From Fibrobacter succinogenes subsp. succinogenes S85 (GTDB taxonomy: Bacteria > Fibrobacterota > Fibrobacteria > Fibrobacterales > Fibrobacteraceae): a stretch of 32,000 nucleotides of DNA. The position numbers were made by a program, and so were the translations under genes. Below the pieces are notes generated by a model. That model saw only the letters and a list, made by a program, of their open reading frames with translations, made no database searches and was not told where the DNA came from. Positions 1 through 7,003 of this stretch are shown piece by piece (positions within the stretch are counted from its first letter, which is position 1; every line of letters begins with the position of its first letter). The DNA lies in contig NC_017448.1 in NCBI RefSeq assembly GCF_000146505.1, forward strand, positions 2,430,001-2,462,000, given 5' to 3'.

Positions 1-237
1 AGCCTTCGAGGCAGCACTTGAATTCCAAGTCCATGGCTTCCGTGTAGTTGTGGCGGAAAATGATGTTTTTGGATTCGATGTTCTCGATATCCTTCTTTTG
101 CTTTTGGCGCTGCTTGATGTCGCGGTGCAGTTCGCAGTACTTCGCGATCGGGTGACCCCAGAATTCACGGCCGCAACCGGGTTCCTGGCAGACTTTGAGC
201 TTGATGCGTTTCTTCTTTTTGTACTTAGGTAATTGCA
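1..237 (-). CDS. hypothetical protein, N-terminal part (gene runs off the left edge); Lys-rich N-terminus with zinc-ribbon-like Cys/His spacing
   Basis: My translation of the minus strand from ATG (complement of 235-237) is open to the window edge: MQLPKYKKKKRIKLKVCQEPGCGREFWGHPIAKYCELHRDIKQRQ... It is not in the ORF track because it is truncated. The overlapping + ORF 50-232 looks like antisense noise. Confidence 0.45.
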
Positions 238-369
238 TAGAGACCTCAATTAGTAGTAAAGATAATAAAAAACGTCGTTTTTGTAAAAAAATTGAATTTT
301 GTTGGGGTTGTTTTAGTCCAAAACGCCTTTTCGTGTGTGTTATATAAATAGGAACCCTTAAAAAAAGGA

Positions 370-1221
370 ATGTTTATGAGGATTTTTTGGACTTTGATGG
401 TGGCGGCTTCGGTCTTTTTGGGCGGTTGCATGTACGTGAGCGGGTCGGCGGAAGGCGAAACTTCGCTGCATGCGACGGCGATAGACGTAGGGCAGGGGCT
501 AGCGGTGCTCCTCGAATATGACGGTCGCTATGCGATGTACGATTTTGGGCCAGATTCGGTTGGCGTGGTGGATTCGCTTTTGGCGCGCGGGGTCGATACG
601 CTTGAATGGGTGGTGCTGAGCCATAATCATCGGGACCATATTGGCGGGTTTATGGAACTTGTAGGGCGGGACGTTTTTGTGCGGCGTCTGTACGTGGGGC
701 CGGATACGGCGGGCGGCTTTTATCGCGATAGTGTCTTGCGGGTGGCGAGAGCGCTTGGAATGCCAGTGGATACGCTATTGCGAGGCGAGAACGTAAGTTT
801 TGGGGGTGGGTCTAATGGCTTTGATGTGTTGTGGCCGACGAGTTATCTTCGTGTGGGCGAGAATCGCGCGAGCTTGGTGCTACTCGGAAAGTTTGGAGCA
901 AGCAAGATGCTTTTGACGGGTGACCTGGATTCGGTGGGCGAGCGTCATGTGCTTGAGATGAACCCGACGCTTTCGGCTGAACTTTTGCAGGTGGCGCATC
1001 ACGGTTCGGCCGGGAGCAATACGCTAAGCTTCTTGTCGCAGGTATCGCCGAAGTACGCGTTTGTGAGCGTTGGTGCGGAGAACCGCTATGGGCATCCTGT
1101 GCCATCTGTTGTCCGTAAGTTGAACTTGGTGCTCGGCGATTCGCTGAAACTTTATCGCACCGATTTACAAGGCACTCTTCGCTTTGAACTCTCCCCAAGC
1201 ATGGGCGTGGTTGTACCGTAG
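370..1221 (+). CDS. MBL-fold metallo-hydrolase, ComEC/Rec2 C-terminal beta-lactamase-like domain family, predicted lipoprotein
   Basis: HxHxDH motif in VVLSHNHRDHIGG. Blocks IDVGQGLAVLL, LLTGD, VAHHGS and GAENRYGHP..YRTD are typical of the ComEC nuclease-like domain. Signal peptide with lipobox FLGGC. The ATG at 376 has better spacing from AAGGA than the ATG at 370. Confidence 0.85.
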   Translation: MFMRIFWTLMVAASVFLGGCMYVSGSAEGETSLHATAIDVGQGLAVLLEYDGRYAMYDFGPDSVGVVDSLLARGVDTLEWVVLSHNHRDHIGGFMELVGRDVFVRRLYVGPDTAGGFYRDSVLRVARALGMPVDTLLRGENVSFGGGSNGFDVLWPTSYLRVGENRASLVLLGKFGASKMLLTGDLDSVGERHVLEMNPTLSAELLQVAHHGSAGSNTLSFLSQVSPKYAFVSVGAENRYGHPVPSVVRKLNLVLGDSLKLYRTDLQGTLRFELSPSMGVVVP

Positions 1222-1378
1222 GGGGAATGGGGTATGGGCTCGCTCCCTTCGGTCGCTTTGGGCTATGGGGTATGGGTGTGTAATATCAAGTTATTATCTC
1301 AAGCCCAAAGCCTAGCAGAGCTAGGCGACCTCAAAGCGTAGCGACCCCATAGTGCTTTAGCACGACCTCAAAGCGTGC
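1221..1378. repeat. two adjacent copies or variants of a GC-rich word-like intergenic repeat family (GGGGTATGGG / CCCATACC / CCTCAAAGCG words with small hairpins)
   Basis: 1221-1276 GGGGGAATGGGGTATGGGCTCGCTCCCTTCGGTCGCTTTGGGCTATGGGGTATGGG is close to the reverse complement of 29564-29612. 1303-1378 contains a perfect hairpin GCCTAGC-AGA-GCTAGGC, a direct 13-mer GACCTCAAAGCGT at 1327 and 1364, and the 16-mer CAAAGCGTAGCGACCC shared with 29573-29588. Confidence 0.7.
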
Positions 1379-1437
1379 AAACCACCAACCACTTTTTTTA
1401 TATTGTTCCCATCGCAATCGCGAGGTTTTTGAGGGTT

Positions 1438-3219
1438 ATGGTTCACAAGATTCACATCCCGGTGATGGGCATTTGCTATACGGCGGATACGCCGATTCGT
1501 GTAGCGCATTTGGGAATCACGTCCGTGATTTCGCTTGTGGATGATGGCCTCCTTGAAGAATACCGCATGGCTTATGCAGAACGCTTGGGCCTTGACTTGG
1601 GCTCTCCGCAGACAACTCGCATTGGCCGCATCCGCTCGTATTTGGACTTTGTTGCAGACGAAGTAGAACGCAAGTTTACGCGTCTTTGTGCGTGCCGTTT
1701 TGATGGCGGTAGCGACAAGGACCTTTATTTTCTGATGCTTCCGCTAGATTCCAGGCTCCGCGTGGAATACGATGGCATTTTTGCAAAGACGGGGCTTGCC
1801 CGCATTGCAGCCGAGGCGGCCCTCACCGAGAAAATGGAACCGGGCGAAATCCAGGCAAACATCATGGTTGGCCTCAATCACGAAGAGGCTGCTTTTGATG
1901 CGGTTCGCGGCTTTGCCGCTTCAAAGGTATCGGGAGCGCTTGTTCTCAGCGCGGGCGTGAACTTGTCCGTTTTTGAAGAAATTGCAAAGTGCAAGGACTT
2001 TTACAGGACGGGCAAAAGACCTCCGAAAAAGAAGATTATCCTGAAAGTCTCGGATTACCGCTCGGCGCTCATTCAGGGCCGCTATTTAGCAAAGAAGGGC
2101 TTGGAGGTTTACGAATACCGCATTGAATCGGGCGTGAACTGCGGCGGTCATGCGTTCTTTGAGTCCAAGAAGTTATTGCTCGATGTTGTCCGGGAATTTG
2201 TCGAAAAGCGCAAAGAACTTTTCGAAACCACGCGCACGATGATTGCGAAGTTCGCTGCTTCTTGTATCGCGGGGGACAATAATGCCAATGCATCTGCGTT
2301 GAGTGCTGCAAACGTCCCAGTGCAAGGAATTCTCCCGCCGCCGTTGCCTGCGCGGATTACCGCGCAGGGCGGGCTTTGCGCTCCCGAAGATATTGCTCAA
2401 GTCTTGTCGCTCGGGATTGATGGCGTGGGTGTCGGGACTCCGTTTTTGCTTGTACCGCAGGCGACCAGCGTCGATAAGGAAACTCGAAGATTGCTTGCGA
2501 GCGCAAAGCCCGAAGATGTTTGCATCAGTCATGCATCACCGCTCGGCATCCCGTTCGTGAATCTGCAAACATCGACGGCGGCAAGAATTTGTGAGCAGAA
2601 AATTCAGGAATATTTCGCGCCAGAATCAGAAAAATCTGGAAGCTCTGAACTGAAACCCGGATTCCCGTGCCGTCAGCATTACCTTTGCCAAAATATCCCC
2701 GGCTTTGACCATCCCGTTTGCATGGCGTCTCGCGAGTACGTGATGCACCGTCTCGCTGAAATCGACGAGCTTGAACAAGAAGATATTGAATCGTGTAAAA
2801 TGCAGTCGCACCATGATGATGAAATTCATGAAAGGTCGCGAGAATCTAGTGCCGCTAATGCTTGTGAAAATTCAATGGCGGTAATTCGCAAAAAGTACGA
2901 CAAGCTCCGCCGCGTCACGCTATCGCGTGAATGCATCTGCCGATTTCTCGGAAATGCTGGCCGTGAAGAAATCCGCGAGAAGAGCCCATCGCTCCATTAC
3001 CAGCCGGAATGTGTCGCCGTCGCTCGTGGCTCGCAGCATGCTCGCACTCGCGAACCGGTTACCATTTGCCCGAACCCGGACATCGGCTATTTCGACCGCG
3101 AATACACGCTTCTAGAAATGATGCAGCACCTTTACGGCACAGGCAAGCGCCTTACGCCCAAAGACAAACCAAGCGCCTTCGAAATCGAAGAACGCTTGCT
3201 GAAAAATGCGCTGTTGTAA
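1438..3219 (+). CDS. NMO/FabK-like (nitronate monooxygenase / enoyl-ACP reductase II family) FMN TIM-barrel-type protein with a long Cys-rich C-terminal extension; function unknown
   Basis: The long ORF opens at GTG 1375 inside the repeat, so the likely start is ATG 1438 after GAGGG. Motifs IPVMG...VAHLGITSVISL, ESGVNCGGHAF (nt 2124-2160) and ITAQGGLCAPEDIAQVLSLGIDGVGVGTPFLL (nt 2355-2470) resemble the NMO/FabK signature blocks. The C-terminal 200 aa has several Cys pairs (PCRQHYLC, VCMAS, ECICRF, ECVAV, ICPNP). Confidence 0.5.
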   Translation: MVHKIHIPVMGICYTADTPIRVAHLGITSVISLVDDGLLEEYRMAYAERLGLDLGSPQTTRIGRIRSYLDFVADEVERKFTRLCACRFDGGSDKDLYFLMLPLDSRLRVEYDGIFAKTGLARIAAEAALTEKMEPGEIQANIMVGLNHEEAAFDAVRGFAASKVSGALVLSAGVNLSVFEEIAKCKDFYRTGKRPPKKKIILKVSDYRSALIQGRYLAKKGLEVYEYRIESGVNCGGHAFFESKKLLLDVVREFVEKRKELFETTRTMIAKFAASCIAGDNNANASALSAANVPVQGILPPPLPARITAQGGLCAPEDIAQVLSLGIDGVGVGTPFLLVPQATSVDKETRRLLASAKPEDVCISHASPLGIPFVNLQTSTAARICEQKIQEYFAPESEKSGSSELKPGFPCRQHYLCQNIPGFDHPVCMASREYVMHRLAEIDELEQEDIESCKMQSHHDDEIHERSRESSAANACENSMAVIRKKYDKLRRVTLSRECICRFLGNAGREEIREKSPSLHYQPECVAVARGSQHARTREPVTICPNPDIGYFDREYTLLEMMQHLYGTGKRLTPKDKPSAFEIEERLLKNALL

Positions 3220-3231
3220 GAAAAAATTGCT

Positions 3232-3990
3232 TTAATCAGCGAAACCGATTCTTGCCTGGAAGTGGCATTGCGTCATGTCGTCAGCGTTCGTCCCGAAAAT
3301 ATACGCATGGTGGTTCGTGTTCTTGAAACGCACAATGTTCACCTTGCCGCCGAGCGGAATCTGCGAAATGTAATTTATCTGTATTGAACGGATTCTGCGG
3401 CTCTTGAGTTCCTGCGGGTCGAGTGAGTTTGTCACCCAGTCCACATAGCGGCAGTGGTTTACGTGCTTGTTCATGTCCAAGTCGCTATACTTTGCGATTT
3501 CTGTCGCTACAATTTGCGGGTCGACTTGCGGGTCCAAAATATCCATCATTTCGGGGAGCGCGTTCTTGCCCTGAATGAGCGGAATCGGGTACGGTGCGTT
3601 GGCCGGGTTTTCTGCCTTGCCGGTCTTCATGTTCACCAAGAGCCACGAAGAAGTCGCCTGCGCGATGGAATGCCCCTGCGCATCGAGAATGGAATAATCC
3701 TTAAGACAAACTTTGTCCTTGATAATGTCCTTTGCCCACGTCGAGATGGAAAGCTTTTCGCCCCAGACCGGGTGGTGCAACAGGCGAATCTTCAGTCGCG
3801 TGATGACCGTGGTGTAGCCTGCCTTCATCATCTTCCATATCCCAAAGCCGTTCTGTTCGGCATCGGCGATGGCGGTTTCTTCCATGAACAAGAAGAGATT
3901 TGAAAGTTTGAGTCGGCTGTGGTGGTCGCAGTCCGAGAAACGCACTTCAAAATTTTTGGTGGTGACTTCTGGTTCCATGATATTCCTCAC
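3232..3990 (-). CDS. acyl-ACP thioesterase
   Basis: 252-aa ORF. FEVRFSDCDHHSRLKLSNLFLFMEETAIADAEQNG and the second hotdog half DLDMNKHVNHCRYVDWV are typical of the acyl-ACP thioesterase (FatA/B-like) family. Alternative start at 3978 (MEPEV). Convergent with the previous gene, with a 12-nt gap. Confidence 0.8.
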   Translation of the reverse strand: MRNIMEPEVTTKNFEVRFSDCDHHSRLKLSNLFLFMEETAIADAEQNGFGIWKMMKAGYTTVITRLKIRLLHHPVWGEKLSISTWAKDIIKDKVCLKDYSILDAQGHSIAQATSSWLLVNMKTGKAENPANAPYPIPLIQGKNALPEMMDILDPQVDPQIVATEIAKYSDLDMNKHVNHCRYVDWVTNSLDPQELKSRRIRSIQINYISQIPLGGKVNIVRFKNTNHHAYIFGTNADDMTQCHFQARIGFAD

Positions 3991-4067
3991 GTGGTTATGT
4001 GATTTTCGACATGCTTTCGCTGTACCCGAAAAAACACGGTATGATAATAATGTATAATTTTTCTTGT

Positions 4068-5396
4068 ATGAACGACTCTCAATTTCGCCCTAGTTTTAAA
4101 CAGCTTGACGCTTATCATTCATTTAATGGTTCTATCCGTGTTCCGGGGTCCAAAAGTATTACCAATCGTGTGCTTTTGATTTCGGCCATTGCTAACGGGA
4201 CAACTCGCTTGCACAACCTGCTGCGTAGCGACGATACCCGCTATATGGGCGAGGCTTTAAAACGTCTTGGCGTGAAGGTTGATTTTTCGGACGATTATAC
4301 GGATGCTGTTGTTGAAGGCCATGGCAAGCCGTTTGATGCAGGCAATTTCCCGGTGGAGCTTTATCTCGGGAACGCCGGTACGGCGATGCGCTCCTTGACG
4401 GCCGCGCTTTCGCTTGGCTGGGGCAAGTTCATTTTGCGCGGTGAAGAACGCATGGGTGAACGCCCGATTCTCGACTTGGTCGATGCGCTCAGTACGCTTG
4501 GTGCCGACATCAAGTATCTGGAATCCGAAGGCTACCCGCCGGTCCGCATCAAGGCCGATGGTCTCAAGGGTGGCGATGTGAGCGTTCGCGGTAACATTTC
4601 GAGCCAGTACCTCACGGCCCTTTTGATTTGCGCTCCGTACTGCAAGACCCCGCTTCACATCCATGTGGAAGGCAAGCTGATTTCTGCACCGTACATTGAA
4701 CTCACGCTCGATGTGATGAAGTGCTTTGGCGTGAACGTGCGCCACAACGACCTGACGGACTTCTACGTGCCGCAGGGCGTGTACCAGAGCCCCGGTGACT
4801 ATTATGTCGAGGGCGATGCAAGCTCTGCCACTTACCCCCTTGCCGCTGCCGCTATTTCTGGTGGTGAAGTGAAGGTCTTGGGAATCAGTGAAGACAGTAT
4901 CCAGGGCGATATTGCCTTTATCGATGTCCTGAAGCGCATGGGTGTTGATGTTACTCCGAGCGTGGAACCTAGTGGCGAAAAGTGCATTATCTGCAAGGGA
5001 CCTAAAGACCGCCGTTTGCGTAGCCTTGGCGATTTTAGCGCTGTCGAAATTCCTGATGCCGCCATGACGCTTGCCGTGCTTGCTCTGTTTGCGGATGCTC
5101 CGACGACGATTCGCGGCATTGGCAGCTGGCGCGTGAAAGAGACCGACCGCATTGCGGCCATGGTGGCAGAACTCCGCAAAGTGGGTGCGACCGTCTCCTC
5201 TGACATGGATTCGATTACGATTGAACCGCCGAAGGAATTGCGACCGGCGACGATTGAAACTTACAATGACCACCGCATGGCGATGTGCTTTAGCCTTGTC
5301 TCGCTCGGTGGCGTGCCCATCAAGATTCTCGACCCTGCGTGTGTGAACAAGACTTATCCCCATTTCTTTGAAGATTTCGGAAGACTCGCTCAATGA
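4068..5396 (+). CDS. aroA: 3-phosphoshikimate 1-carboxyvinyltransferase (EPSP synthase)
   Basis: PGSKSITNRVLL, LGNAGTAMRSL, RVKETDRIAAM and NDHRMAMCFSL are signature blocks. The ORF opens at 3999, but ATG 4068 (MNDSQF) gives a normal-length N-terminus. The start is uncertain between 3999 and 4068. Confidence 0.93.
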   Translation: MNDSQFRPSFKQLDAYHSFNGSIRVPGSKSITNRVLLISAIANGTTRLHNLLRSDDTRYMGEALKRLGVKVDFSDDYTDAVVEGHGKPFDAGNFPVELYLGNAGTAMRSLTAALSLGWGKFILRGEERMGERPILDLVDALSTLGADIKYLESEGYPPVRIKADGLKGGDVSVRGNISSQYLTALLICAPYCKTPLHIHVEGKLISAPYIELTLDVMKCFGVNVRHNDLTDFYVPQGVYQSPGDYYVEGDASSATYPLAAAAISGGEVKVLGISEDSIQGDIAFIDVLKRMGVDVTPSVEPSGEKCIICKGPKDRRLRSLGDFSAVEIPDAAMTLAVLALFADAPTTIRGIGSWRVKETDRIAAMVAELRKVGATVSSDMDSITIEPPKELRPATIETYNDHRMAMCFSLVSLGGVPIKILDPACVNKTYPHFFEDFGRLAQ

Positions 5397-6994
5397 TAAG
5401 CCTCGTCTCGAAGATTCTTGCCACAAGTTATGCACGGCTCGCGATCTGCGCTGGCCTCGTGTTTGGCGCTCTTGCTGCCCCCGCTACGGCGGCGACTTCG
5501 GCAGATACGCTTTCGATTTGGGTCATGGACAATGGTCTTGGCTCAAAAAATGCGATGAAGCGCCTTGTGAAAAAGTTCTATCGCGAGACGGGAATCCCGG
5601 TCAAGCTGACTTCGCTTAGCTGGGGTGAAGCGTTCAGAAAAATCACGTTCACGTTTGCCGATTCAAATGATGTCGCTCCTGACGTGATTCAGCTTGGTTC
5701 CACTTGGGTTCCTCATTTTGCATCGACAGGTGCCATCCGCCCTATCGACAACTTGATTTCGAAAATCGATACGGCACGATTCCTGGGCGAGGGCCTCCGC
5801 AGCACGCATATTTCAGGAAAGCCCGAGACGTATGCGGTGCCGTGGTTTATTGATGTTCGCGGCTTTTTCGTCAACGAACGCATTTGGCGCGAGCTCGGTT
5901 TAGAGGATTCAGATTTTGAGTCGTATGCGCATGTGCTTGGCGTCTTGAAGACTATTGCTAGTTCGGATTTGACGACAGAAGTAGGCGTCAAGGTGACACC
6001 GTTTACGCTTCCCGGAAAAGATGACTGGGCGGGTCAGCAGTGCATGGCGCCGTTTGTCTGGAGCCATGGTGGAGATTTCGTAGTGCCCGCAGGCAAGGGT
6101 TACCGCAGTGCGCTTTTGGATTCGAACACGCTTGTCGGACTTGCGCTTTACGCCAACATCATGGGCGATGCGCAAATGGCGCCTCTTAGCTTGTACGAGA
6201 ATTCATCGGACAATGCCGAAGGCTTTGTGCGTTCGGAACGCGTGATCCATTACGGTACTTCTGAACTGATCAAGCAGCTGGAATATCCGGAAGAAGCCGG
6301 TGGCCTTGCCAATTCGGCGATTGCAAAGGATGGCATCAAGGTCTTGGATTTACCTGCAGGTCCGCATGGAAGATTCTCGTTCATGGGCGGTAGCCACTTG
6401 GCGCTTGGCAACAAGAAGGACACGTCCAAGTATGTGCTTGCCGAACAGTTGCTTGCCTACATGCTCCGCGCCGACAACATCGATGCGTTCTCGCGTCAGG
6501 TCGGGTTCTTGCCTGCAGATCGCAGTATTCTCCACATCTGGAATCGCGATTCGCGCTATTCCAAGATTGTCGCTGAACTTGAGCATAGCCGTAGCTTCCC
6601 GAATATCCCGGAATGGGGCGAAGTTGAAAAAATTCTGATAGATCTTTCAAATGGCATGGGAGCCATGTTTGTGAGGACGAAGCACAAGAAAAAACGCAGT
6701 GCTGCCCTTGCACAGATGGTCTATGACGCCCATACGAAAATCAATGGAATCCTGAATTATCCGGACAGCTCAAACGGCTCGGAAAGAATGCACTGGGCTC
6801 AGCACATCTTTTTACAGGAATATAGAGAAATTTATCCAAAAAGCTCTGCCAATATCATTGGACGGAGCGAGTTGCCTGCGGCAGACGAATTTAAAAGCTG
6901 GCTTGTATCGTCCAAGTACATGCTCGCTTCTCTTGGCGCAGGATTTTTGGTCATCTGTGTAATTGTGGCTTGCTATAAAAGAAAGAAGAAGTAG
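5393..6994 (+). CDS. extracellular solute-binding protein (ABC-type family 1 SBP fold) with N-terminal signal peptide and C-terminal transmembrane anchor
   Basis: LSIWVMDNG...KKFYRETGIPVKLTSLSWGEA...DVIQLGSTWVPHFA is typical of a sugar-type SBP. The C-terminus ends in a hydrophobic helix plus KRKKK (LASLGAGFLVICVIVACYKRKKK). The start ATG overlaps the aroA stop (ATGA at 5393-5396). No permease or ATPase genes are adjacent. Confidence 0.75.
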   Translation: MISLVSKILATSYARLAICAGLVFGALAAPATAATSADTLSIWVMDNGLGSKNAMKRLVKKFYRETGIPVKLTSLSWGEAFRKITFTFADSNDVAPDVIQLGSTWVPHFASTGAIRPIDNLISKIDTARFLGEGLRSTHISGKPETYAVPWFIDVRGFFVNERIWRELGLEDSDFESYAHVLGVLKTIASSDLTTEVGVKVTPFTLPGKDDWAGQQCMAPFVWSHGGDFVVPAGKGYRSALLDSNTLVGLALYANIMGDAQMAPLSLYENSSDNAEGFVRSERVIHYGTSELIKQLEYPEEAGGLANSAIAKDGIKVLDLPAGPHGRFSFMGGSHLALGNKKDTSKYVLAEQLLAYMLRADNIDAFSRQVGFLPADRSILHIWNRDSRYSKIVAELEHSRSFPNIPEWGEVEKILIDLSNGMGAMFVRTKHKKKRSAALAQMVYDAHTKINGILNYPDSSNGSERMHWAQHIFLQEYREIYPKSSANIIGRSELPAADEFKSWLVSSKYMLASLGAGFLVICVIVACYKRKKK

Positions 6995-7003
6995 TTCTCG
7001 CTC

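Noticed and set aside
50-232. 60-aa + strand ORF at the left edge
   Set aside because: The minus strand here is open from ATG 237 to the window edge with a more protein-like sequence. The + ORF is Leu/Phe/Asp-rich antisense noise.
246-431. 61-aa minus-strand ORF in the AT-rich divergent promoter region, overlapping the MBL gene start
   Set aside because: It is a low-complexity Lys/Phe/Thr-rich translation of AT-rich promoter DNA and overlaps a supported gene start.
4257-5435. 392-aa minus-strand ORF antisense to aroA
   Set aside because: aroA motifs on the + strand are definitive. The antisense translation is Arg/Ala-rich with no recognisable domain.
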